DNA of 62,909 nt from an uncultured Flavobacteriales bacterium. Lineage in GTDB: Bacteria > Bacteroidota > Bacteroidia > Flavobacteriales > BACL11. The stretch is from the NCBI GenBank assembly GCA_913031595.1, contig CAJWCP010000004.1, positions 1 through 62,909 of the forward strand, written 5' to 3'. Each line of letters starts with the position of its first letter. Position 1 is the stretch's first letter. The notes under the pieces were generated by a model. It was not told the origin of the DNA. It made no database searches and saw nothing but the letters and a program-made list of their open reading frames with translations. The position numbers and the translations under genes are program-made. Of the stretch, positions 1-9,650 are shown one piece after another.

Positions 1-52
1 CACGACCTGCTGATTACAAATCAGCTGCTCTAGCCAGCTGAGCTATATCGGC
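1..52 (-). tRNA. tRNA-Thr(TGT), 3' part truncated by window edge
   Basis: Reverse complement reads GCCGATATAGCTCAGCTGGCTAGAGCAGCTGATTTGTAATCAGCAGGTCGTG: D-arm, anticodon stem GCTGA/TCAGC, loop TT-TGT-AA. Confidence 0.95.
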
Positions 53-105
53 TTAAATAAATTAATGCTCTTTACAAAGAACTATTTCCTTCTTTAGAAG
101 GGCTG

Positions 106-113
106 CAAATTTA
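106..113 (-). promoter_or_regulatory. Bacteroidota primary-sigma -7 element for the tRNA operon
   Basis: TAAATTTG matches TAnnTTTG about 54 nt upstream of the tRNA. Confidence 0.7.
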
Positions 114-186
114 TTAAAGTTTTTAATACAAGCAATAAAAAGAATTGTTTTTTTTAAAAAGAAAATAAGAAGATAAGGAAATGATA

Positions 187-474
187 CTATTTTTCTTTGT
201 TTTTTAGGATTTGTTTACGTAAAGCTTGAGAAACCAAATCAGTCGATTCCTCAAAAGAATTTGATTGCTTTTTTGCAAAGTATTCAGAATTTGGAGAATG
301 AAGCTTTATTTCTACTATTTTATTATCATAAGAGCCTGGCTTATCTATTTTAAGAAATACGGTAGCACTAAGAATACTATCATCTATATCTATTAACTTA
401 TCTACTCTCTTATTAATAAAAAGTTTTAACTTATCATTTGCTGAAAAATGTATGGACTGTATTTGAATATTCAT
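187..474 (-). CDS. hpf: Ribosome hibernation promoting factor (HPF/RaiA family)
   Basis: 95 aa; MNIQIQSIHF start, VEIKL and FEESTD..ALRKQ motifs; follows xerC. Confidence 0.92.
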   Translation of the reverse strand: MNIQIQSIHFSANDKLKLFINKRVDKLIDIDDSILSATVFLKIDKPGSYDNKIVEIKLHSPNSEYFAKKQSNSFEESTDLVSQALRKQILKNKEK

Positions 475-484
475 AATAATTCTT

Positions 485-1351
485 TTATGCTCTAGGATGA
501 GCTTGTTTATAAACTAATTTCAATTTATCAATTGTATTGTGAGTGTAAATCTGAGTAGCACTTAAATTAGCGTGACCTAACAATTCTTTTATCGCATTAA
601 TATCTGCTCCATTATTTAACATGTGCGTAGCAAAAGTATGACGTAATATATGAGGACTTCTCTTTTCCAAAGTACTAATTTCTCCAATATATTTATTAAC
701 GACCCTATATACGAGTTTAGTATATAATTTCTCAAACTTTGAAGTAGTAAATAAAAATTCTTTAAGTTGATATGTACTAATAAAAGACTCTAATCGTTCT
801 AGCATATTATCTAACAAGGGTATAAGTCTTTCTTTATTTCTTTTACCAATCACCTTAACAACTCCATTCTGGAAGTCTATAGATCTAACCCTAAGCTCTA
901 TAAGCTCAGATAAGCGAATACCTGTAAAATAAAAAAACTCTATGATCAATTTATCACGTTCACCAACAAATCCTGACTTAAAATCTATCTTATCTAATAA
1001 TTCTTTTATCTGAAATTCTTCAATGAATACTGGTAATCTTTTTTTTGATTTAGGAGGAATAATCTTTAACATAGGATTCTCTTTCACTACTCCTTTTTTA
1101 AGAAGAAATCTAAAGTATGTTCTTAAAGTAGATATTTTTCTATTTATAGAAACAGGCTGAATTCCCTCTTCTAACAAAGACGCAATCCAACTTCTAGTTA
1201 ACTGGAAATTAATTTCTGTTACATGCGAGATATTAAATTCTAAAGACAAATAATTACTAAATTGACTAAGATCAACGGAATAAGACTGGATAGTGTGATC
1301 CGAAAGTCTTCTCTCAGTAGTAATGTATTGAAGAAATTCATTAATAAACAT
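485..1351 (-). CDS. xerC: Tyrosine recombinase XerC-like
   Basis: TGIRLSEL, GKRNKER, HILRHTFATH, LGHANLSATQIY, YKQAHPRA motifs. Confidence 0.9.
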   Translation of the reverse strand: MFINEFLQYITTERRLSDHTIQSYSVDLSQFSNYLSLEFNISHVTEINFQLTRSWIASLLEEGIQPVSINRKISTLRTYFRFLLKKGVVKENPMLKIIPPKSKKRLPVFIEEFQIKELLDKIDFKSGFVGERDKLIIEFFYFTGIRLSELIELRVRSIDFQNGVVKVIGKRNKERLIPLLDNMLERLESFISTYQLKEFLFTTSKFEKLYTKLVYRVVNKYIGEISTLEKRSPHILRHTFATHMLNNGADINAIKELLGHANLSATQIYTHNTIDKLKLVYKQAHPRA

Positions 1352-1353
1352 AA

Positions 1354-1395
1354 AAACCTTTTATCTGTATAACGAAATTACAAATAAAAAGGTTT
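1354..1395 (-). terminator. Long AU-rich hairpin between rpsU and xerC
   Basis: AAACCTTTTTATTTGTA...TACAGATAAAAGGTTT can pair (one bulge, one GU), ending 2 nt before the xerC ATG. Confidence 0.5.
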
Positions 1396-1420
1396 GAAAA
1401 CTATAGAAAAAATATATTTT

Positions 1421-1612
1421 CTAATCCAAATCTCTTAAAATATTCTGAGAATAAACAGCTTTCTGTTTTCTGACGCGTAATCTTTCAGACTTTTTAATAT
1501 ATTGTTTTCTTGCTCTAATCTGAAGCAAAGTTCCAGTCTTTAAAAACTTTCTTTTAAAACGCTTTAAAGCTCTATCAATATTTTCTCCGTCTTTTACTGG
1601 TATTACTAACAT
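1421..1612 (-). CDS. rpsU: 30S ribosomal protein S21
   Basis: MLVIPVKDGENIDRALKRFKRKF. Confidence 0.97.
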   Translation of the reverse strand: MLVIPVKDGENIDRALKRFKRKFLKTGTLLQIRARKQYIKKSERLRVRKQKAVYSQNILRDLD

Positions 1613-1642
1613 AAATTTTTTCTAATTCTAAATTTTGGTTTG

Positions 1643-1650
1643 CAAAAATA
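1643..1650 (-). promoter_or_regulatory. -7 promoter element of rpsU
   Basis: TATTTTTG 30 nt upstream of the ATG. Confidence 0.65.
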
Positions 1651-1676
1651 TAAATATCTTAAACACTAACAAATAA

Positions 1677-2813
1677 TTAGATGATTTGTTTAGCAATTAC
1701 CAATTTCTGAATCTCAGAAGTTCCTTCTCCAATAGTACACAATTTAGCGTCTCTGTAATATCTTTCTACCGAAAAATCTTTTGTATACCCATATCCCCCT
1801 AGTATTTGTACTGCATCATTAGCTGTCTTTACTGCTATTTCTGAAGAATAATACTTTGCCATAGCTCCCTCTAATGTAACCTTCTTACCATTATTTTTGG
1901 CCTCTGCAGCTCGATATATTAATAATTCAGAAGCTTCAATCTCAGTAGCCATATCTGCTAATTTAAACGCAATAGCCTGAAATTTTGATATTGGCTTCCC
2001 AAATTGCTCCCTTTCTTTTGAATATTGTAAAGCTACCTGATATGCTCCTTTTGCAATTCCTAAAGCAAGTGCTGCTATTGAGATTCTTCCCCCATCTAAA
2101 ACCTTCATCGCTTGAATAAAACCATCACCAACATTACCCAAGAGATTAGCATGAGGAACTTTACAATTATCAAAAATAAGCTCTGCAGTTTCTGAAGCTC
2201 TCATTCCTAATTTATCTAATTTATTAGCTGAGGTAAAACCCGGAGTTCCTTTTTCAACAACAAAAGCTGTCATGCCGTGAGAATCACCCTTCTCTCCAGT
2301 TCTAACCACAACTACAGATAGATCTCCTGACACAGCATGTGTAATAAAATTCTTACAACCATTTAAAATCCAATTATCTCCATCTTTTATAGCTGTAGTT
2401 GCCATTCCACCCGCATCTGAACCTGTGTTGTGCTCTGTTAAACCCCAGGCTCCAATCCATTCGCCTGTAGCTAATTTAGGTAACCATCTTTCTTTTTGTA
2501 ATTTATTTCCAAATTGAAGAATATGACCTGTACAAAGAGAATTATGAGCAGCCATGGACAAACCAATAGATGGATCCAAAATAGCTAACTGTTCTATTGC
2601 TGTAACATATTCGTTATAAGAAAAACCAGCTCCTCCATATTCCTCAGGAACAAGTACCCCCATTAAGCCAAGTTCTCCTAACTTCTTAAGAACTTCAATA
2701 GGAAAAATTTGATGATCATCCCATTCCCTAACAAAAGGGGTTATTTCTTTTTTACCAAATTGCTGAATCATATCAACAATCATTTTCTGATTATCATGAT
2801 AATTAAAATCCAT
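1677..2813 (-). CDS. Acyl-CoA dehydrogenase
   Basis: WGLTEHNTGSDA, LNGCKNFIT, REQFGKPI, GGYGY, IGEGTSEIQ. Confidence 0.95.
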   Translation of the reverse strand: MDFNYHDNQKMIVDMIQQFGKKEITPFVREWDDHQIFPIEVLKKLGELGLMGVLVPEEYGGAGFSYNEYVTAIEQLAILDPSIGLSMAAHNSLCTGHILQFGNKLQKERWLPKLATGEWIGAWGLTEHNTGSDAGGMATTAIKDGDNWILNGCKNFITHAVSGDLSVVVVRTGEKGDSHGMTAFVVEKGTPGFTSANKLDKLGMRASETAELIFDNCKVPHANLLGNVGDGFIQAMKVLDGGRISIAALALGIAKGAYQVALQYSKEREQFGKPISKFQAIAFKLADMATEIEASELLIYRAAEAKNNGKKVTLEGAMAKYYSSEIAVKTANDAVQILGGYGYTKDFSVERYYRDAKLCTIGEGTSEIQKLVIAKQII

Positions 2814-2814
2814 A

Positions 2815-3342
2815 TTAATAATTTATTAAACTAATTATATTATCTGAATATTGCTTTATTCTTTGTTCACCACTTAAATCTTCTAAATTAACAATAAATG
2901 TAAAACCCGCAATATTTGCCTCTAATCTCTGTATTAAAGCAGAAGCAGCACAAGCTGTCCCTCCAGTGGCTAAAAGATCATCATGAATCAATACATTCCA
3001 TCCTTCTTTAATATCAAATCTATGCACCTCTACTTCTGCAAAGCCATATTCAAGCTCATATTTACAACTTATAGTATCTCCTGGCAACTTACCTACTTTA
3101 CGAATTGGTATAAATGGTAAATTCATCTTATTTGCTAAAAGAAAACCAAATAAAAAACCTCTACTTTCTACTCCAACTATTACATCAATATCAATTCCAT
3201 CTAACTTATCGATAAAAGCATCTGTAATTTCATTACTAAGATCTGAATCCAATAATAACGAAGTAATATCCTTAAAATTAATACCTTGTTTAGGGAAATT
3301 AGGTACTTCGCGTATTATTTGATCAATTTTCTTTTCTATCAA
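2815..3342 (-). CDS. apt: Adenine phosphoribosyltransferase
   Basis: FPKQGINFKDI, ESRGF, LEYG, HDDLLATGGT; TTG start. Confidence 0.96.
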   Translation of the reverse strand: MIEKKIDQIIREVPNFPKQGINFKDITSLLLDSDLSNEITDAFIDKLDGIDIDVIVGVESRGFLFGFLLANKMNLPFIPIRKVGKLPGDTISCKYELEYGFAEVEVHRFDIKEGWNVLIHDDLLATGGTACAASALIQRLEANIAGFTFIVNLEDLSGEQRIKQYSDNIISLINY

Positions 3343-3354
3343 TTTTAATCTTTA

Positions 3355-4929
3355 TTATTTGTTAGACTTTATTCCTTTAAGATATTTAACCAATTCTTCT
3401 TTAACTTTTGGATATAAAAAGAAAAGACCTATCATATTAGGGAAAATAAGAGCTAAAATCATGGCGTCTGAGAACCCCCATACCGCATCCATATTGGCAG
3501 CAGCTCCTATTATAATAAAAAGTAAAAATAAAACTTTATAGGCTAAATCAGAAAACTTACTCTTACCAAACAAATACATCCAGGATTGTAATCCGTAATA
3601 AGACCAAGATATCATAGTAGAAATAGCAAATAAAATAATTGCAATAGTTAGGACAACTGGGAACCAAGGAATCGCATCTGCAAAAGCCATAGAAGTAAGA
3701 ACAGCTCCCTCTACCTTCTGCCCATCAATAATAACATCGCCGCCATATTCAAAAATACCTGCACTATTATACATTATAATCACTAATGCCGTCATTGTAC
3801 AAATAACAACTGTATCTATAAATGGTTCCAAAAGAGCAACAACCCCCTCAGAAGCTGGGTATTTTGTTTTAACAGCTGAATGTGCAATAGATGCTGAACC
3901 TGCTCCTGCCTCATTAGAAAAGGCTGCTCTTTGAAAACCTACAATCATTACTCCAATTAATCCTCCAAATCCTGCCTCCATACTAAATGCATTAGAAAAA
4001 ATAAGCCCAAAAGCATCATCAATATAACTAAAGTTAGAAAAAATAATAAATAAACATGCAAGCACATATATGATAGCCATAAATGGCACCACCTTCTCAG
4101 TAACTGAGGCAATCCTTTTTATTCCACCAATAATTACAATTCCAACTAATATTGCCAAAGCAATACCAATCAAAGTTCCTACACTACCTCCAGTCATCCC
4201 TAACATAGAGGCAATCTGTAAAGCAGCCTGATTAGATTGAGCTGCATTGCCTCCTCCAAAAGAAGCTCCCACACAAAGTATTGCAAAAAGTACCGCCAAT
4301 CCTTTTCCTAATTTCTCATAACCTCCTTCCTTAAGACCTTTGCTCAAATAATACATAGGTCCCCCATACACAGTACCATCTGCGCCAACATCCCTATATC
4401 TTACTCCTAAAGTACATTCTACAAATTTTGTTGACATACCTATAAGCCCACATATAATCATCCAAAATGTAGCACCAGGGCCCCCTAGAGCAATAGCTAA
4501 AGCAACACCAGCAATATTTCCAAGACCTACAGTACCTGAAACTGCAGTAGCTAGAGCCTGGAAATGACTCACCTCACCTTCTTTGCTCTCATCTCTTATA
4601 GTATCTACAATATCACCATCAATAGTCATTTCTGTCTTCCCTGTCCCATGTTCTAACTGATCATATTTTCCTCTAACTGTATTAATCGCTGTAGGAAAAT
4701 GAGTAATATTTACAAAAGAAAAACGAATCGTAAAAAAGAGTGCCCCAAAAACTAATAACAATAATACAAATGGAATACTGATCTCATCAGTAAATGATAT
4801 AGGATATAGAACAATATTTCCCCATGTATCTGCAATTGGCTTAAACCATTCGTTAATACGCTCATCTAAACCTTTTGCTTCTAACATAAAAGGTATTAAT
4901 AAAATAGATATAAGTAATAGTCTTTTCAT
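3355..4929 (-). CDS. Alanine/glycine:cation symporter (AGCS family)
   Basis: VGLGNIAGVA, GGPGATFWM, GGPMYY, FSNEAGAGS, EPFIDT; many hydrophobic segments. Confidence 0.95.
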   Translation of the reverse strand: MKRLLLISILLIPFMLEAKGLDERINEWFKPIADTWGNIVLYPISFTDEISIPFVLLLLVFGALFFTIRFSFVNITHFPTAINTVRGKYDQLEHGTGKTEMTIDGDIVDTIRDESKEGEVSHFQALATAVSGTVGLGNIAGVALAIALGGPGATFWMIICGLIGMSTKFVECTLGVRYRDVGADGTVYGGPMYYLSKGLKEGGYEKLGKGLAVLFAILCVGASFGGGNAAQSNQAALQIASMLGMTGGSVGTLIGIALAILVGIVIIGGIKRIASVTEKVVPFMAIIYVLACLFIIFSNFSYIDDAFGLIFSNAFSMEAGFGGLIGVMIVGFQRAAFSNEAGAGSASIAHSAVKTKYPASEGVVALLEPFIDTVVICTMTALVIIMYNSAGIFEYGGDVIIDGQKVEGAVLTSMAFADAIPWFPVVLTIAIILFAISTMISWSYYGLQSWMYLFGKSKFSDLAYKVLFLLFIIIGAAANMDAVWGFSDAMILALIFPNMIGLFFLYPKVKEELVKYLKGIKSNK

Positions 4930-4930
4930 T

Positions 4931-5041
4931 TTATTTAATTTTAATTATTTTTTCTACAGTTCCATAATCATAAATATAAAAGAACAGTCAATTCATGTCT
5001 TTTATATCCCCACCCAACAAGCCTACAATATTAAGAATTTT
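4931..5041 (-). pseudogene. Decayed fragment resembling a secreted-protein C-terminal tail
   Basis: Reads KILNIVGLLGGDIKDMN*LFFYIYDYGTVEKIIKIK*, with an internal TGA and no usable start; resembles recalled ..DLLGR..PLFYIYDDGTVEK.. C-termini. Confidence 0.6.
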
Positions 5042-5933
5042 TCAATTGTTTATCAACTATAGATAAAGCCTCTTTAAAGCTATGGGGTTTATAACCAAGT
5101 ATCTTTTTAGCTTTATCTAAAATAAAGCCTGTTTTAGGAGGTCTAGCAGCCTTTTGATTGAGAGTGCTAGTACTAATTCTATTTAGCTTATTTACATTAT
5201 AACCATAATAATTAGCAATATTTTCAACCATTTCATAAATACTCATAATATCTTTTCCTGATATGTGAAAGATGCCATGCGCTTTCTTTCTAGCTACTAA
5301 AAGACAAGCTTCCGCTAAATCTTCGGCAAGTGTTGGGGCACGAAATTGATCATCAATAATATTTAACTTTTCTTCTTTTTCTAAAGCCCCTTTTGCCCAA
5401 AGCACAATATTTCCTTTACTAAGATTCTCTCCCACACCAAACACAATAATAGTTCTAAGAATTGTCCAGTCTACATTATGATTATATAATATCTTCTCAG
5501 ATTTTAATTTAGAAAGACCATAATATGAAATAGGATTAGGCGTATCATCCTCACCATAAGGACCATCTAGACCGTCAAAAATGAAATCAGTTGAAATATG
5601 TATCAAATGTGCATTTATACTTGCACAGCTATTCGCTAGAAAGGAAACCGCATCAACATTAATCCTATCACATGATTCTTTTTCTTCTTCACATAAATCT
5701 ACATTAGTCATAGCAGCAGTATTAATAACAATATCAGGAGACTGATCAGATATAATCTTTTTTACCTCATTCTCAGATGTAACATCTAAAGAAAGATATG
5801 TGTATTTTTGACTCCTACTGAGTCTGTTCTCTCCTTTAGAAGTTGCAATAACTTCTATATTATCATCTTCAATTAATCTATGTAAAAGCTTTTGCCCTAA
5901 CAATCCATTACTACCTGTAATCAATATCTTCAT
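5031..5933 (-). CDS. dTDP-4-dehydrorhamnose reductase-like SDR (RmlD family)
   Basis: ITGSNGLLG, AAMTNVD, ISTDFIFDG, YGLSK, DQFRAPT. Confidence 0.88.
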   Translation of the reverse strand: MKILITGSNGLLGQKLLHRLIEDDNIEVIATSKGENRLSRSQKYTYLSLDVTSENEVKKIISDQSPDIVINTAAMTNVDLCEEEKESCDRINVDAVSFLANSCASINAHLIHISTDFIFDGLDGPYGEDDTPNPISYYGLSKLKSEKILYNHNVDWTILRTIIVFGVGENLSKGNIVLWAKGALEKEEKLNIIDDQFRAPTLAEDLAEACLLVARKKAHGIFHISGKDIMSIYEMVENIANYYGYNVNKLNRISTSTLNQKAARPPKTGFILDKAKKILGYKPHSFKEALSIVDKQLKNS

Positions 5934-6097
5934 TAATACTGACTAGGTTTTATTAAATACAATAAGAAATATAAAAGAAGTGGAGATCCAAACCCAAACA
6001 GTAAAGCAGCAATAAAAATAATTCTTAAACCACTCACATCAAGATCAAACCTTTCTGAAAGCCAAGAACAAACTCCAAGCATTTTTCGTTTACTCAT
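5933..6097 (-). CDS. Small PspC-domain membrane protein, 54 aa (not in ORF track)
   Basis: MSKRKMLGVCSWLSERFDLDVSGLRIIFIAALLFGFGSPLLLYFLLYLIKPSQY*; GVC..L...F...R..F PspC pattern; overlaps both neighbours (ATGAGTAA, TAATG). Confidence 0.85.
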   Translation of the reverse strand: MSKRKMLGVCSWLSERFDLDVSGLRIIFIAALLFGFGSPLLLYFLLYLIKPSQY

Positions 6098-6308
6098 CTT
6101 TTCTTAATCGAATTAATTGCTCAATCTTATCAAGTATAACCTCTTCAAGACCCATAATAGAATCTTCTACTTTTAAAATCTGTTTCTCCAACTCAATAAT
6201 TTTATCTTGTTTCTTCTTAGATTTTTGAATATCAATAATAAGCCACGCAAAAGCTACTAACTCTATAACTAATAATAATATGGTAAGTATAAGTTGAAGA
6301 TTATCCAT
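6090..6308 (-). CDS. Hypothetical protein: one N-terminal TM helix plus coiled coil
   Basis: Hydrophobic residues 4-26, then heptad-like IIELEKQILKVEDSIMGLEEVILDKIEQL; tightly coupled to neighbours. Confidence 0.75.
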   Translation of the reverse strand: MDNLQLILTILLLVIELVAFAWLIIDIQKSKKKQDKIIELEKQILKVEDSIMGLEEVILDKIEQLIRLRKDE

Positions 6309-6310
6309 TT

Positions 6311-6532
6311 TTACAAATCAAATACACTTCTACGTTTTTTATATCTGAGATAATCTCTTAACTTCAATGAGAATAACATACACAAATATATTAAAATAGT
6401 GATAGTATTAGTAAAGGTTGCATAAATAAAGAACAATCGAATAAAAGAAGTTTTAATACCTATTCTAGCACTCCACCAGGCACTAACACCAAAAATCTGC
6501 TTTTCAAAAATATTCCTTAAAAAACTTATCAT
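6311..6532 (-). CDS. PspC-family membrane protein (Flavobacteriales type)
   Basis: FEKQIFGVSAW..IRLFFIYATF..Y..KRRSVFDL. Confidence 0.85.
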   Translation of the reverse strand: MISFLRNIFEKQIFGVSAWWSARIGIKTSFIRLFFIYATFTNTITILIYLCMLFSLKLRDYLRYKKRRSVFDL

Positions 6533-6535
6533 AAA

Positions 6536-7354
6536 CTAACCCTTATACTTCAACAAAATTTTTTGCATCTGCTCCTGTATTTTACTTGCTTCCTCTCTAG
6601 ATTTATCTGCAAAATCAATATCCGATCCAGCATAAATTATAGACCTTGAAGAATTAACCAACAAACCACAATCTTTATTCATAGCAAAAGTAGCAACCTG
6701 CTCTAAATCTCCCCCCTGAGCTCCAACACCAGGCACTAATAAGAAATGATTTGGGATTATATTTCTAATTTTTTCTAATTCTCTGGTCCTAGTTGCCCCA
6801 ACAACATACATCATATTATTCTCAGAACCTAATTTTGCAGATACTTCTAACACATGTTCAAAAAACTTTTTTCCATACTTATCTTCTAAATGTTGAAAAT
6901 CTAAACTACCATTATTAGAGGTAAGTGCTAAAAGAATCACCCACTTCCCTTTAAATTCTAAAAAAGGATGTATAGAATCTGAACCCATATATGGAGACAC
7001 AGTAATAGAATCAAAATCTAAAGTTTCAAAGAAAGTCTTAGCATACATATTAGAAGTGTTTCCTATATCTCCTCTTTTAGCGTCAGCAATAGTAAAAATA
7101 TCATGAGGAATATAATCTAAAGTCTTCTTAAGAGATTGCCAGCCTTTCTCCCCTAAACTTTCATAAAAAGCAATATTAGGCTTATATGCCACACATAAAT
7201 CCTTAGTAGCATCTATTATCTTCTTGTTAAATTCAAAAACTGGATCTTCAAATCTTAAAAGATGATTGGGAATTTTAGAGATATCTGTATCTAAACCTAT
7301 ACATAAAAAAGATTCTTTAAGTCGTATCTGATCTATAAGTTCTTTTCTAGTCAT
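6536..7354 (-). CDS. pyrF: Orotidine-5'-phosphate decarboxylase
   Basis: [37 protein letters not shown]. Confidence 0.96.
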   Translation of the reverse strand: MTRKELIDQIRLKESFLCIGLDTDISKIPNHLLRFEDPVFEFNKKIIDATKDLCVAYKPNIAFYESLGEKGWQSLKKTLDYIPHDIFTIADAKRGDIGNTSNMYAKTFFETLDFDSITVSPYMGSDSIHPFLEFKGKWVILLALTSNNGSLDFQHLEDKYGKKFFEHVLEVSAKLGSENNMMYVVGATRTRELEKIRNIIPNHFLLVPGVGAQGGDLEQVATFAMNKDCGLLVNSSRSIIYAGSDIDFADKSREEASKIQEQMQKILLKYKG

Positions 7355-8423
7355 TAACCTTTCCTTCTTTTAATTTTTCTGTATTTTCTGCTAATTGCAA
7401 CTCATCGATAAACTCTTGAATATCACCTCCAAGAGCAGCTTGCAGATTATATTTTGTCAATCCTATTCTATGTTCTGTAATTCGTCCCTGAGGATAATTA
7501 TAAGTCCGAATCTTTGCGGATCTATCTCCTGAAGAAACCATTGTTTTTCGATTTTTTGCATCTTCTTCTAATTTCTTTTGAAGCTCTATCTCATATATAC
7601 GAGAACGTAAGACTTTTAGAGCTTTATCATAGTTCTTATGCTGAGATTTTTGATCCTGACATTGAGCAACTACTCCTGTAGGAATATGTGTTAAACGTAC
7701 CGCAGAATAAGTCGTATTTACTGATTGACCTCCAGGTCCGGAAGAACAATAAGTATCCTTACGTATATCTGAAGGTTTTAATTCAATATCAAATTCTTCA
7801 GCTTCAGGTAGTACTATAACTGTTGCAGCAGAAGTATGCACTCTTCCTTGTGTTTCTGTTTGAGGTACTCTTTGCACTCTATGTACTCCTGATTCAAATT
7901 TTAATTGTCCATACACATCATCTCCTGTTATATTAAAAATAATCTCTTTATAACCTCCTACTGTTCCTTCTGCAATATCTACAAGTTCAGTCTTCCAAGA
8001 TTTAGATGATGCAAATGCAAGATACATCTTATATAAATCACCTGCAAAGATACTAGCCTCATCACCTCCTGTTCCTGCCCTAATCTCCATAACTGCATTT
8101 TTAGAGTCAGCAGGGTCCTTAGGAATTAACAACATTTTAATTTCTTCATCCATCCTTTCCTTTCTAGTTAAATTATCCTCTAATTCTAACTTTGCCATAT
8201 CTTTCATTTCTGTATCATCAGAATCAGAAAGTATCTCTCGAGCTTCAGTAATATTATCTATTAAATTTTTATAATCTTTATATGTTTTAATAATAGGCTC
8301 TAAATCTTTATATTCCTTACTCAATTGAACATACAACTTCATATCATTCATAGCTTCTGTAGAAGAAATAAATTTTTCAACTTCTAAATATCTTTTATGA
8401 ATATCTGCTAATTTATCTAACAT
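7347..8423 (-). CDS. prfA: Peptide chain release factor 1
   Basis: [21 protein letters not shown] (PxT), GPGGQSVN; likely start ATG 8423 (MLDKL), just after the purM stop. Confidence 0.96.
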   Translation of the reverse strand: MLDKLADIHKRYLEVEKFISSTEAMNDMKLYVQLSKEYKDLEPIIKTYKDYKNLIDNITEAREILSDSDDTEMKDMAKLELEDNLTRKERMDEEIKMLLIPKDPADSKNAVMEIRAGTGGDEASIFAGDLYKMYLAFASSKSWKTELVDIAEGTVGGYKEIIFNITGDDVYGQLKFESGVHRVQRVPQTETQGRVHTSAATVIVLPEAEEFDIELKPSDIRKDTYCSSGPGGQSVNTTYSAVRLTHIPTGVVAQCQDQKSQHKNYDKALKVLRSRIYEIELQKKLEEDAKNRKTMVSSGDRSAKIRTYNYPQGRITEHRIGLTKYNLQAALGGDIQEFIDELQLAENTEKLKEGKVND

Positions 8424-8424
8424 A

Positions 8425-9594
8425 CTAATAAATAAAATCTCCAAATTCAGAATTAATAGTTAACTTCTTACCTTCATAATCCTCTACTCTTCCAATAATC
8501 ATCGCATCTACATTAAATGAAGTAGAAATAGAAATAATATCTTGTGCTATTTCTTCAGGGACATATAATTCCATTCTATGACCCATGTTGAACACCTTAT
8601 ACATCTCTTTCCAATCTGTATTTGACTCAGCTTGTATCAACCTAAACAAATTAGGTATTGAAAACATATTATTCTTAATAATATGTAAATTATTTACAAA
8701 ATGTAAGACTTTAGTCTGCGCTCCTCCCGAACAATGTATCGCCCCATGTATTTGATTACGATACTTATCAAGTATCTTCTTCATAATAGGCATATATGTT
8801 CTTGTTGGTGACAAAACTAACTTGCCTGCATCTAAAGTCATATCCTTGATTCTCTCCGTTAATAATTTAGTGCCTGAATAGACTAAATCCTTAGGTAAGG
8901 AATCATCAAAACTCTCAGGGTATTTATTTGCTAAAATTTTGGAAAAAACATCATGTCTTGCAGAAGTAAGTCCATTACTTCCTATGCCACTATTATACTC
9001 TTTTTCATATGTTGCTTGACCAGAAGAAGAAAGTCCAACAATAACATCACCAGATGTTATATTCGCATTATTAATAACATCACTTCTTTTTAATCTGGCA
9101 ACAACTGTTGAATCAACAATAATTGTCCGTACTAAATCGCCTACATCAGCTGTCTCTCCTCCTGTTGATATTATATTAATACCTTGTTTCTGATAATCAT
9201 CTAATAATTCTTGTGTCCCATTAATAATCTCTGCAATTACTTCTCCTGGAATTAACCTTTTATTTCTACCAATAGTAGAAGAAAGCATAATGTCATCACA
9301 AACCCCAACACATAATAAATCATCAATATTCATAATCAAAGCATCCTGGGCTATTCCCTTCCATACAGAAAGATCACCTGTCTCTTTCCAATACATATAA
9401 GCTAATGAAGATTTTGTGCCAGCCCCATCAGCATGCATAACAACACAATAATCTTTATTATTTGCTAGATAATCTGGAACTATCTTACAAAAAGCTGATG
9501 GAAATAAACCTTTATCTACATTCTTAATCGCATTATGAACATCTTCCTTGTCAGCAGAAACACCTCTTTGGATATATCTTTCTAATTGTTTCAT
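8425..9594 (-). CDS. purM: AIR synthase, Bacteroidota type
   Basis: [40 protein letters not shown]. Confidence 0.92.
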   Translation of the reverse strand: MKQLERYIQRGVSADKEDVHNAIKNVDKGLFPSAFCKIVPDYLANNKDYCVVMHADGAGTKSSLAYMYWKETGDLSVWKGIAQDALIMNIDDLLCVGVCDDIMLSSTIGRNKRLIPGEVIAEIINGTQELLDDYQKQGINIISTGGETADVGDLVRTIIVDSTVVARLKRSDVINNANITSGDVIVGLSSSGQATYEKEYNSGIGSNGLTSARHDVFSKILANKYPESFDDSLPKDLVYSGTKLLTERIKDMTLDAGKLVLSPTRTYMPIMKKILDKYRNQIHGAIHCSGGAQTKVLHFVNNLHIIKNNMFSIPNLFRLIQAESNTDWKEMYKVFNMGHRMELYVPEEIAQDIISISTSFNVDAMIIGRVEDYEGKKLTINSEFGDFIY

Positions 9595-9600
9595 ATGTAC

Positions 9601-9631
9601 AAAAAAAGCATCCTAATAATTAGGACGCTTT
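9601..9631 (-). terminator. Intrinsic terminator after the OmpA-family gene
   Basis: AAAGCGTCCTA-ATTAT-TAGGATGC followed by T7. Confidence 0.8.
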
Positions 9632-9650
9632 AATAATATTAATTTACTAT

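Noticed and set aside
485-1351. Tyrosine recombinase near a tRNA as a prophage or island integrase
   Set aside because: XerC-type C-terminus (HPRA) in the housekeeping rpsU-xerC-hpf-tRNA order; no att repeat or cargo seen
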